Assembly: GCA_021792255.1 (NCBI GenBank)
Contig: JAJYUZ010000002.1
Coordinates: forward strand, 245,332 to 309,331
Length of the DNA: 64,000 nucleotides
Direction: 5' to 3'
Source: Thermoplasmata archaeon
GTDB lineage: Archaea > Thermoplasmatota > Thermoplasmata > Thermoplasmatales > GCA-001856825
Below, one piece after another: positions 29,666-39,007 of the stretch. The position numbers were made by a program, and so were the translations under genes. The notes under the pieces were generated by a model. It had not been told where the DNA came from. It did not search any database and saw nothing but the letters and a program-made list of their open reading frames with translations. How positions within the stretch are numbered: position 1 is the stretch's first letter; each line of letters opens with the position of its first letter.

Positions 29666-30850
29666 TTAGTGCCTTAAAGCAGTTTCTGAAGTGCTCCTAA
29701 TGTCTCTCCCGTTGACGATGACCCTCTCTATAGGATCCTCTCCGAATGTGTACCCGAGCCTGTTGAAATGGTCCTTAAGGACTATTATGTTCGCCTCCTT
29801 TCCCGGATGGATAGAGCCCGTCTTGTCGGATAGAGAAAGGGAATGGCTCGAATTGATTGTACTCATGTTGATCAGATTCTCTATGGTGAAGGGAAACAAC
29901 TGTCTGCCTAAGGCAATAGCCAACGGGAAAGACGTGATGTAGGTGTTTGGCGATATATCAGAACCCATCGCAAGCACTTTCCCACGACTCTTCATTTTCG
30001 AAAATATGGATACCCCTTTCCTCAGACTGATGGCAGTGAAAGGAAGAACTGTTATCGTGCTCTCTATCATATCAATCTCGTCTTCTCTTGTCTCTATCAT
30101 GTGATCGTACGATCTGATGTCCAGACCTTTGAAGAGCTTCACTCCATCCAGATTGCGCAGCTCGTTGAGGTGGATCCGTCCCGGTACACCAAGGGAGTTT
30201 GCGTGTTGAATTGCTTCCTTGGCAAAAGGAGGAGAAAACGCGCCTTCATCGACGAAGACATCAACGAAATCTATACGTTTCCTGAATTCTTCGGTCATTT
30301 CCATAAACGTCCTGAGGTAAGAGGCTTCACTCATCCCCTTGGGAATAACGTGAGCAAGGAGCGTCTTCTTCATTCTCATCTTGAGATCCTTTTCTATTCT
30401 CTCCATAACTTTGAGCATCTTCTCTTCTGTTTCTGCGTCACCGCCATAACCAGTTTTTGATTCGAATACGGCGGTACCATTTCTCATCATGCTGAGGACT
30501 CTCTCTCTCGATTCCTGATAAAGAATATCCTCGTCGCATTCCGTGGTCGCCTTAATAGTGCGATAGATGCCCCCTCCGCTCTTCAGGACGCCCTCATATC
30601 CCAGGGTCTTCTTCAGGTCTATCTCGTTTTCCCTCGTTCCGCAGAAAACCACGTGTGTGTGGGGATCACTGAATGCTGGAATGACCCATCTGCTTTCTTT
30701 AGGTCCACCGGACGTCGGAGTTATGCTCTCTATCAACCCATTGGTTATCCTGATGTCCTGGTGCTCCAGGAACTCTAGCTCGTCAAAAGAAGATCCCGAT
30801 GCGAACTTTTTGTTAAACGGAGATGCTATGTTTACGTTCTCAACGAGCAT
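29666..30850 (-). CDS. imidazolonepropionase-like amidohydrolase
   Basis: PAFSDPHTHVVFCGTRENE matches the HutI-type metal-binding HxH segment. GRIHLNEL, and GSD near the C-terminus. Confidence 0.65.
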   Translation of the reverse strand: MLVENVNIASPFNKKFASGSSFDELEFLEHQDIRITNGLIESITPTSGGPKESRWVIPAFSDPHTHVVFCGTRENEIDLKKTLGYEGVLKSGGGIYRTIKATTECDEDILYQESRERVLSMMRNGTAVFESKTGYGGDAETEEKMLKVMERIEKDLKMRMKKTLLAHVIPKGMSEASYLRTFMEMTEEFRKRIDFVDVFVDEGAFSPPFAKEAIQHANSLGVPGRIHLNELRNLDGVKLFKGLDIRSYDHMIETREDEIDMIESTITVLPFTAISLRKGVSIFSKMKSRGKVLAMGSDISPNTYITSFPLAIALGRQLFPFTIENLINMSTINSSHSLSLSDKTGSIHPGKEANIIVLKDHFNRLGYTFGEDPIERVIVNGRDIRSTSETALRH

Positions 30851-31850
30851 TATTCAGGTATAGGTCCCTGTAACAAGAATCTGCCGCTATGGCACCATCA
30901 GATGCTGCCACCACTATCTGTGCAAAGGATCCTGCCACGTCTCCTGCAGCATAAACCCTTTCCACATTGGTCCTGCCGCTTCTGTCTATTTTGATGTACC
31001 CTCTGTCTGTAACTTCCACTCCTAGGCTCTTAGAGAGTTCCGATTGAGGTTCCAGTCCAACATAAATGAACACACCGTCAAAACTTTCTTCGTATTCCTT
31101 GCCATTAATCCTGTCCCTGAATTTTACGGTCTTGACCAGTCTTCCTTCTCCTTTAATTTCAATGACCTGAACGTTTTGTCTGTAATCAATCCCCATCGAC
31201 TGTATCTGTTTGACGTACGCGTCTTCACACATGTACCTAGGCATAAATTCAAAGATCTTCACTTCAGACACTATGTTCTTCATAGAAATCGCGGCAATTG
31301 CCCCCGAATTTCCTCCTCCTATTACGAGTACCTTCTTGTTCTTGTAGAGCCAACCATCACAGGTGCTGCAGTACGAGACTCCCTTCCCGTAGTACTCTTT
31401 CTCTCCGGGAATGCCTAGGTGTTTGTGTTTCGTTCCAGTAGCGAAAATGATTGCCTTTGAATGGAATTCTCCCTTCTCGGTTTCCAGCAAAAATCCGTTC
31501 TCCTTTCTGATGGAAATTACCATGTTGTTGTCAACTATCTTGGTATAGTTTCGTGCGTGCTCCAGGAACTCTTTTGCCAGATCAGTTCCCGCGATCTCGG
31601 TGAATCCGAGATAGTTCTCAACTAGAGGTGCTTCCAGCGTCAATCCCCCAGCCGTAGTTCCATCGATCACGACGTTAGAGAGTCCTGCTCGAGTCGCATA
31701 GACAGCCGCAGAAAGCCCGGCTGCCCCAGCTCCTATAATGACAAGATCAAAGTCTCTTTTTTCTAACTCTTGTCTCTCTTCTCCTAAGATGAGCTCCAAT
31801 AGGAATCCCCCTTTACATCGGAGGCATTCCGCCCATACCTTCAGGGCCAC
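30840..31850 (-). CDS. trxB: thioredoxin reductase
   Basis: FAD motif LVIIGAGAAG, redox-active CSTCDG, NAD(P)H motif VIGGGNSG, and AAGDVA. The ATG at 31850 overlaps the thermosome 3' end. A TTG at 31799 is an alternative start that avoids the overlap. Confidence 0.85.
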   Translation of the reverse strand: MALKVWAECLRCKGGFLLELILGEERQELEKRDFDLVIIGAGAAGLSAAVYATRAGLSNVVIDGTTAGGLTLEAPLVENYLGFTEIAGTDLAKEFLEHARNYTKIVDNNMVISIRKENGFLLETEKGEFHSKAIIFATGTKHKHLGIPGEKEYYGKGVSYCSTCDGWLYKNKKVLVIGGGNSGAIAAISMKNIVSEVKIFEFMPRYMCEDAYVKQIQSMGIDYRQNVQVIEIKGEGRLVKTVKFRDRINGKEYEESFDGVFIYVGLEPQSELSKSLGVEVTDRGYIKIDRSGRTNVERVYAAGDVAGSFAQIVVAASDGAIAADSCYRDLYLNNAR

Positions 31851-33462
31851 CCATTCCCGGAGGCATGCCTCCAGGCGGGCCCTCGCTCTTTGATTTCCTA
31901 GATGAGATTACGTCGTCAATCCTCAGTATCATTGTTGCGACTTCGGTTGCGCTTTCGATAGCGTGACTCTTCACTCTGACCGGCTCTAATACGTTCTTCT
32001 TGAAGAGATCGCCGACAGTTCCGTCCATCGCATCAATTCCCACATTCTTGTTTCCTGTCTGGTGTTCCGATCTCAGTTTGAGCAGCGAATCAATTGGATC
32101 CATACCTGCGTTTTCAGCCAGAGTTCTAGGGACTATCTCGAGTGCATTTGCGAATGTTTCAATGGCCAGCTGCTCTCTTCCGCCCACAGTCGGGGCATAC
32201 TTCTTTAGTTGATACGCTAGCTCTGCCTCTATCGCTCCTCCACCCGTCACAAAAGATTGATCCTCAATTGCCACACCTACTACCTTGAGTGCGTCGTGGA
32301 GTGCCCTTTCAACTTCGTCTATAGTGTGCTGCGTCCCTCCCCTTATAAGAATTGAAACCGCTTTAGGATACTTGCATCCGGTGATGAAAGTCAACTTGTC
32401 GTCCCCAATCTTTCTCTCCTCGGTCTTCTCTGCGTTTCCCAGATCTTTCGAAGTAAGATCATCAAGATTTGTAACGATCTTTGCCCCAGTTGCTTTTGCA
32501 ATCTTTTCCATATCGCTCTTCTTGACTCTCCTGACCGCATATATGCCTTCCTTTGCAAGGAAGTGCTGTGCAAGATCGTCAACTCCCTTCTGGCTCATTA
32601 GAACGTTTGCGCCAGACTTCTTGACTTTATCTACCATCGCCCTGAGGGTTTCTTCTTCTTGGTCGAGGAATGCCTGAATCTTGGATGGATCCGTAATTTG
32701 AACCTTGGCATCGATCTCAGTTTTCTTGATTTCCAGACCGGAATCGATAAGTGCTATCTTAGAGCTCTTAACTTCATTCGGCATTCTCGGATGAACCTTT
32801 TCTTTGTCTATGACAACTCCTTCTATTAGCTCAGAATCTGTGATTCCTCCCCCGAACTTTTTCTGGATGAGTATGTTGTCAACATCCACAATCTTTTTTC
32901 CGTCTCTCTCTTCGACGATACTCTTGACAGCCTTCATTGCCATCTTTGCAAGAAAATCGGTCACACCACCAACGTTCTTTCCTGTCATAGCGGTCAGTGC
33001 AACGTTCTTAAGAACTTCATCACTAATTTTCTTCTCAGATATGCTAGACAGAATCTCAGCGGTCTTATTGGACGCCAACTTATATCCGTTGGCTATGACG
33101 GTTGGATGGACGTTCTGATCTAGTAATAGCTCAGCCTGTTTCAGTAATTCTCCGGCAATAACCACTGCAGTAGTCGTACCATCTCCCACTTCTTGATCCT
33201 GTCCTTTTGCAATTTCAATAATCATTTTTGCGGTGGGATGATCGACATCCATCTGCTTCATTATGGTAGCCCCATCATTAGATATGGTAATATCTCCCAG
33301 CGAATCTACTAACATCTTGTCCATTCCTTTCGGGCCAAGTGCCGATTTGACTGTATCTGCAATAGCCTTGGCGGCCTCAATATTATTTCTTTGAGCATCT
33401 TTTCCAGATTCCCTGGTCGAACCTTCTTTCAAAACTAGGATAGGGATTTGTCCCGATAACAT
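31813..33462 (-). CDS. ths: thermosome subunit (group II chaperonin)
   Basis: LGPKGMDKML, ITNDGATI, VGDGTTT and VTGGGAIE, with a C-terminal GGMPPGMGGPEGMGGMPPM tail. Confidence 0.95.
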   Translation of the reverse strand: MLSGQIPILVLKEGSTRESGKDAQRNNIEAAKAIADTVKSALGPKGMDKMLVDSLGDITISNDGATIMKQMDVDHPTAKMIIEIAKGQDQEVGDGTTTAVVIAGELLKQAELLLDQNVHPTVIANGYKLASNKTAEILSSISEKKISDEVLKNVALTAMTGKNVGGVTDFLAKMAMKAVKSIVEERDGKKIVDVDNILIQKKFGGGITDSELIEGVVIDKEKVHPRMPNEVKSSKIALIDSGLEIKKTEIDAKVQITDPSKIQAFLDQEEETLRAMVDKVKKSGANVLMSQKGVDDLAQHFLAKEGIYAVRRVKKSDMEKIAKATGAKIVTNLDDLTSKDLGNAEKTEERKIGDDKLTFITGCKYPKAVSILIRGGTQHTIDEVERALHDALKVVGVAIEDQSFVTGGGAIEAELAYQLKKYAPTVGGREQLAIETFANALEIVPRTLAENAGMDPIDSLLKLRSEHQTGNKNVGIDAMDGTVGDLFKKNVLEPVRVKSHAIESATEVATMILRIDDVISSRKSKSEGPPGGMPPGMGGPEGMGGMPPM

Positions 33463-33496
33463 CTAAATTTCACCCTAAAACGGTAATTCGTTCTTC

Positions 33497-33504
33497 TATA
33501 TAAA
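33497..33504 (-). promoter_or_regulatory. TATA-box-like element upstream of the thermosome gene
   Basis: The minus strand reads TTTATATA about 35-40 nt upstream of the ATG at 33462. Confidence 0.35.
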
Positions 33505-33708
33505 TGTTGTAAGCTCAGGTTCTGTTAATATGACGGTTGATAAATTTGGTTGTAAATTTTCGGTTGGTGAAAAGTGCAAAAGGAAACACAATTTGATTCT
33601 AAAGATAGGAGGGGCAACAAAGTGCGTATAAATCTATCAGAAACAAAAAGTCAGGGGCTTGAGTGTGATGTCTGCCGTTTTCACGACCGAATAATCAGGA
33701 TGCACCTT

Positions 33709-34101
33709 TCATGACTTCGAACTTAGAGTATGTTCCTTGGCCCTCACTAAATGTTTCAGTTTTATGAAATATAATATAGCAGTCAGTATACTGCCGACAA
33801 TCATAGATATCTGAAATGCAGCCATAAAATGCTCTCCACCTACTACTTGTGGTGTATCGAAAATTTTGGGGTTTCCGTTGTAGATCACGGGAAGCTCCCA
33901 ATAAGCATGGAAATATGTCTCAAGAATGTAATTCACTCCTGGAAGATAGCTGTAATGAGGAGGGCCTAACCCAGTTGTATAGACGAAGTCCCACAGTGCC
34001 ACCAGATAGTACAAGATAGCTCCCTCTACGACTGCAAAGATAACAGTAACACTTACTATTTTATGAGAGCTTTTCATAGTGTCAAGAGCCTGAGCTCCCA
34101 T
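33709..34101 (-). CDS. small membrane protein coupled to the G1 peptidase gene
   Basis: The ORF overlaps the upstream protease gene stop by 20 nt. It has two clear TM helices flanking an aromatic-rich loop. No family recognised. Confidence 0.5.
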   Translation of the reverse strand: MGAQALDTMKSSHKIVSVTVIFAVVEGAILYYLVALWDFVYTTGLGPPHYSYLPGVNYILETYFHAYWELPVIYNGNPKIFDTPQVVGGEHFMAAFQISMIVGSILTAILYFIKLKHLVRAKEHTLSSKS

Positions 34102-35380
34102 ATAAGTTATACTTGGAGTTTACCCATGTCATATTCGGTTCCATATATCCGCTTTGAGTCGTGATTGCATCATTTATGTTTTGATTCACATTTCCCCACG
34201 ATTGATTTAGTATGTATTTGTTGTAATATCCATTGTTCAGCAATGTGTTAAGGTTGCTATAGCCATTAATAGTCAGGACTGATGGTGAAACAAAGGTAAC
34301 TGCAGGACTAAATACGGCCAGTTGTGAGATTACATAGATCCCAGATCCGGCTTGATCCGTTTCCGGTGTTTCTATAATATACTGTGCATACTTAGGCGAA
34401 TTGTAATATGGAGTGGTAACAGTGTAGGTGTAATAATTGTTCAGAGTAATAGCGACATATGTCGCGATATCATTCGAATTGTAGACTATTGAAAATTCTA
34501 TGCTTGTTCCACTTGAAGGAGCTGGCATTCCAGGATACCCCCCGGAGTAGGCAGGCGATGTTCCATTAGACCAAGTCTGGTACCATATAGTATATGCACC
34601 CCAGTTATATCCTCCAGTCCATGAATCATACCAGAAGATTCTTTGGAATCCCGTTTGTACTATGTTTGTAGCATTAGAATTGCTTGGATCGCTGCCTCCA
34701 ACATATGGAGAGATGCCGATCCATCCGTTCATTGCTTCATTATATCCCGATGGATGGGAAGAAAGTGTTATAGAAGGGATCGTAAGGGAAGCAGTATTCT
34801 GTGTTATAGAATAACTTGGATCGTAACACTCATATCCAGCCCAGTTTTCGTTGTATTGGGTGGTTGAAGAGTATACAATTGGCCCCACTGAGATTTCTGG
34901 ACCGTAGACTGTCTCATTCAAAGAGGAGTATCCGTAGGTATAACAAGTCTGATTTACGTTCCCTTGTACAGTCATAACAAGATAAACGTTGTAACTTTGG
35001 TTCACAAAGTCATAGCTTTCTCCTTGAGTAAAGTAGATTTCATTATACTGTTCGTAGGAATTATAACCTTCCTGAAAGACGGCGCTATTCTCGATGTCGT
35101 GAAGAGCTTCTATAGAATCTCTCTCCAACGCACTAAGGGAATTGCTATATTTGAAATTCCACTCGTGACTTACTGCCACTTCTTCTATTGCCAGTACACT
35201 AGAATTTGTAACGCCATCAGAAAGCGAATTGAAATTCAGTAGCGCATTGTAAGAAGTTGAATGTAGCCCACCCTGTACACCTTCGGTACTGCCGAGCAAT
35301 GAAACATTGACAGAAAGCATGACTAAAGAAATAAAAATGCTTATCATCACTTTCTTCTTGAAATTTTTCATATTATCCAT
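34082..35380 (-). CDS. secreted glutamic peptidase, family G1 (eqolisin-like) with N-terminal pro-region
   Basis: Signal/TM segment KKVMISIFISLVMLSV. The collinear G1 landmarks are all present: ENWAGY, WIGISP...IVQTGF (catalytic Gln position), YTIWYQTW, AQYIIETPE (catalytic Glu position) and LAVFSPAVTF. Many N-x-S/T sequons. Confidence 0.75.
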   Translation of the reverse strand: MDNMKNFKKKVMISIFISLVMLSVNVSLLGSTEGVQGGLHSTSYNALLNFNSLSDGVTNSSVLAIEEVAVSHEWNFKYSNSLSALERDSIEALHDIENSAVFQEGYNSYEQYNEIYFTQGESYDFVNQSYNVYLVMTVQGNVNQTCYTYGYSSLNETVYGPEISVGPIVYSSTTQYNENWAGYECYDPSYSITQNTASLTIPSITLSSHPSGYNEAMNGWIGISPYVGGSDPSNSNATNIVQTGFQRIFWYDSWTGGYNWGAYTIWYQTWSNGTSPAYSGGYPGMPAPSSGTSIEFSIVYNSNDIATYVAITLNNYYTYTVTTPYYNSPKYAQYIIETPETDQAGSGIYVISQLAVFSPAVTFVSPSVLTINGYSNLNTLLNNGYYNKYILNQSWGNVNQNINDAITTQSGYMEPNMTWVNSKYNLYGSSGS

Positions 35381-35624
35381 CCAAAATGACTATATTTCCA
35401 TATCACTTAACCTTACCGGAGAATTAATTCAAAATAAGTGAATTAACTACCTTTAATCACTTAAAGTCGACAAAAAGTTGTAAATATCGCTTCCTAAGAC
35501 AATGGGTTTATTCAGACACACTTTTAGACTCTATAGTGTCGGGTTAAATCTTAAATGGTTTAGCAGGAATATTCTTTGCAGATCGTTAGAATTTGATATT
35601 TAGTACTCGCTTTCTGGGACTACA

Positions 35625-35717
35625 ACTATCACCATTTTGTTATCACTAATTTGGACTGAAGGAAAAGCAACGGTTGAATTGGACGATTGAAGTTAAAGAT
35701 AACAAAATGGTGATAGT
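35625..35717. repeat. 93-bp element with perfect 20-bp terminal inverted repeats
   Basis: ACTATCACCATTTTGTTATC (35625-35644) and its exact reverse complement GATAACAAAATGGTGATAGT (35698-35717), separated by 53 nt. It sits in the 484-bp gap between two protease genes. Confidence 0.8.
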
Positions 35718-35864
35718 AATAACTCTTGAAATTACTTAGTTGATAGCCCTTAGCTCGTAACTTTGAGTTGATGGCTCTAAGCAGGTACTCTATTTTTCTA
35801 GGAACTTTGGAAAAATGAAAGAATTGAAAAAGAAATAAATAAAGTATAAAAATGAATCTTATCG

Positions 35865-36278
35865 TCAGGTCTTTATGTCTAGTAAGAAGCCGTTATCTAT
35901 GAAATCATTAACCCCGTTTGTCACCACATCAAACACTTTGATTTGTTTTTCGACCATACTCACGGTAGAAACGTTAACCCAAGTGTTATTTACTGGATTG
36001 AACAGTTGATCTCCAACAGTGAGATTTTCAGGGTTTTTCAGCCAACCCGTAAAGGTGGAGTTTCTGATGTAAATGGGTTGATCAGTTGGGGTCAATAACA
36101 ATGCGCCGCCATTTACGATTACCTCTTGAGATACTTCTGTCTTGTTGTTAAATAGAAGAGTTCCTATGAACATACTTCCATTTTGAAGATTATACTCTTC
36201 AACTTTTCCCCCCTGTTTCAGGTCTTGAATTGGTATATAACCGTTTGGCGTCAGGATTAGACTTCCCCAGGCAACACA
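35865..36278 (-). other. C-terminal Hint-like (Hedgehog/intein-type) domain, copy B
   Basis: TSGGG-C(36276-36278)VAWGSLILTPNGYIPIQDLKQGG ... LLLTPTDQPIYI ... VFDVVTNGVNDFIDNGFLLDIKT-stop. About 35-40 percent identical by eye to copy A. Confidence 0.6.
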
Positions 36279-37716
36279 GCCTCCTCCAGAAGTAGAGACA
36301 TCAACATAGAATTGACTTTGTGTGACGGAATAGTCATCAGTTACCGACATTGTAAGTCGATAACTTCCAGTGCTTGCACTACTCGGAACCTCAATATTGA
36401 CGTAGAAAGAGAATGGCGGAGACCCGCTTGAAGGCACAAAGCCATAAGTCCAGCCATTAGGGAGGTTTACCATACTGAGAAAGACATCACTGCCTCCACT
36501 ATACGCCTGGTAGGTATTTCCATATATCTCGACGCCTGAGCCAGGAGAGACAGCTGTAGAACCTAGGTAGCCCGCGCCAAGATCCACTCCGATAGTGGAC
36601 AAGAACCATTCATTGGCAATAGTTACATCGTTTCCGCTCGTTAGGACTCTAGTTGTGATATTTGATGGCAGCGGACCCGTAGAAAAGGCTGACCAACCAG
36701 ATTCCGTATTCCCAGTAAAATTAAAGTTCCAATACGGCCAGTACTGAGTTGTGGTATCGTACACCTCTTCCCAGTCCGTGTAATCATAATATCCATCATA
36801 CGTTGACTGTGCTACGAATTCAGTCCCTCCTGTATGATACCACTTTATAAAGATAGGATAGGGATTTACGCCTTGTCCTGTGTATGCTGAAAACTCTACT
36901 GTGCCATTGCTATTCGTGCTCATTACAAAGGTATAATATTGGTTTTCTTCAAGGTTGTAAGCGTCAGGATTGTAGACATAAGTTTGATTGGTCCATCCAA
37001 CGGACCAAGTTAGCCCCCAAGAACCATAATCTCCAGAGAAACCAATCTGGTCATACGCATTGCTGTTATCCCAAATGGAGAGGATTACATAATAGAAATC
37101 TGTTGGGGCCTGAATTCGATTCTGGGGTTAATATGGTGACCTGTACCTGAGTGAGCGTGGTTGAACCTCCCCATGATGCCCCTTCCACATATGAAACATT
37201 GGAAGAGTATCTAGGAGGAAAAGAGGCAGACGGAAAGCTGGCATTACTAGACACCGAAACTTTGTGCATGGTAGGAGGAGGTAGGTTTCCGCTGTACGTA
37301 CTGGGCGATGTGATATAATACTTGATAATAAGTAAAGTTACTTCTTTAGTACCTGACCATTCAATACCGACGTAATTGTCTGGAGAGAGCCAAGTCTTAA
37401 GAGATGGGCTCGGTATACCACTGATGGATATAGAATAATTTGTTCCATTCGTTTCAACCACCCAACCCTTCAATCCCGTACCTGCAGGAGAATATAGGTT
37501 GACTCCAAATAATGTAAAACTCACAAAGTGAAAGATGAAAGTTTGTGTGGAAGTGGTATTCCCTCCGAGGAAAGATAATGCAAGAGTTACATTTTCAGAA
37601 AAATAGTTATTGAGATTCGGAGTGGCCCGATCGTTCGAATAAAGCGCTAAGCTCATAGAAGACGTTGCAGTTATAATAGAAACTATTATCACAAGACTTT
37701 TTAAGTTCATGTTCAA
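35865..37716 (-). pseudogene. frameshifted gene for a secreted G1-like beta-sandwich protein with C-terminal Hint-like domain
   Basis: ORF 37066..37716 carries a signal peptide (MNLKSLVIIVSIITATSS). The frame of ORF 35865..36923 stays open upstream to 37127 and overlaps the tail of the first ORF. The two frames differ by 1 nt at a C4 run (37125-37128). The joined product would be ~616 aa, with SWGGS, ILSIWDN..YDQIGF and YTDWEEVYD collinear with G1 landmarks. Confidence 0.6.
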
Positions 37717-37754
37717 ACATCTCCTGCTTTAAATGAGTTGAACACATTTTACCG

Positions 37755-37775
37755 TTTCCCAGACAGTCTGGGAAA
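37755..37775. promoter_or_regulatory. perfect 21-bp palindrome (candidate operator) in divergent promoter region
   Basis: TTTCCCAGAC-A-GTCTGGGAAA, with 10-nt arms and a 1-nt centre. Its 3' edge lies 3 nt upstream of a TTAAATA box, which is ~25 nt upstream of the GTG start at 37807. Confidence 0.6.
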
Positions 37776-37806
37776 TCATTAAATACGGTTTATTTCTGGT
37801 ATAGTT

Positions 37807-38337
37807 GTGAGGAAGGACGGCCTAGTCTTGGTTATCACGATAGGTATCTCTCTTGCGAACTCCATATTCTCAATAGTTTTCGTTTTGCTAATTCTCACTT
37901 CAAATATTCCACCAGTTAAGGGGTCGCCTGGAATGGTAAAGGTACCTGGTTATTCAGTTGCAGCAATTCCAATTTCAACTGCGGCACTTGGTTGGTTAAT
38001 TATCTGCTATGAATTGATATCGCATAGAAAGAACGATATTTCGAAGATTCTGAGGAAAAGACTATCAGAAAAATGGGATAACCGAGCACTGTACGATGCA
38101 TTTAGGGGGAGGGGCGGACCGAGAAGGCTTTCAATAATGGAGAGCTTGGGTACACCGAAGATGAGAAATGAAATAGCCCAGCTCACTGGCACTGACTGGA
38201 AAGAGGTCGATAGGAATATAAGAATTCTTGAGTCAATTGATTTAGTAAGAATACAATACAACCACGGCACGGTATCAGTATACGAATTAACTGGTAAAGG
38301 AAAAGAGTTCCTGAACCTTGTCGAAACAGAGATTTAG
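37807..38337 (+). CDS. membrane-tethered winged-helix (ArsR-like) transcription regulator
   Basis: Two N-terminal TM helices are followed by GRGGPRRLSIMESLGTPKMRNEIAQLTGTDWKEVDRNIRILESIDLVRI...VYELTGKG, an ArsR/HTH_20-like wHTH. Confidence 0.65.
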   Translation: MRKDGLVLVITIGISLANSIFSIVFVLLILTSNIPPVKGSPGMVKVPGYSVAAIPISTAALGWLIICYELISHRKNDISKILRKRLSEKWDNRALYDAFRGRGGPRRLSIMESLGTPKMRNEIAQLTGTDWKEVDRNIRILESIDLVRIQYNHGTVSVYELTGKGKEFLNLVETEI

Positions 38338-39007
38338 GCTCGGGCGTTTCGTTAAGGGGTTTCGCACGCTACTCTGTCACCTCCATTTGTTCGCTTTGAA
38401 TGTACATTGTTGTAAGGGCCCAAGTGCAAGTCTTATGATAATCTAGACAACGGAGGATCTTTAGGTACTGCGCAACATACTTCTCTATTACCGTATCTTA
38501 ATACAAACTTACTCAGCTCTTATCTCATAAGTTGATTTCCTATTAAATTAAGGGTGATACATGTCACACCCGAAACAGGGTTCTGTTAACTTGCTGGATG
38601 CTGGACATGGTTGTTAATTATCGGATGCTACCAAAGACATTAAAATTCGGATCTTAACCATAGAAACTAAGACAAGGCACTGGTTTAAATCATCAAAGAT
38701 GTTTTGATTTTTAGACCAATTTTAAGAAAGGCAAATAATGAGCTCATCAGAAAGAGACCAATTTCTAAAGAAGAGTGATTCGTTGGTTTTGGCAGAGTTA
38801 GGAATATCAGCCTATAGGTCCCTAGTATTTACCGTCGTAAATCTCTCAATCACTATTTCAACAGCAAAGTCTTCACTGATGACTGGAACTGCGACAACAT
38901 TTCTAACCATTCCTCTCGTATTCGATTTACTTGTTATTTCCTTTTGACGAGCACTAAGAGAGATAATTAGACTGAATGCTAAAACTGATTGATTTCTTCT
39001 TGTTGGC

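Noticed and set aside
31813-31870. Gly-Gly-Met-rich C-terminal tail of the thermosome subunit, noticed as a low-complexity repeat.
   Set aside because: Gly/Met-rich C-terminal tails are a well-known feature of chaperonins and are not novel.
38738-38947. 69-aa ORF in the 670-bp gap between the regulator gene and the small membrane ORF.
   Set aside because: It could be a small hydrophobic protein, but it has no motif, no evident promoter or RBS, and no paralog in the other module. It is left uncalled.
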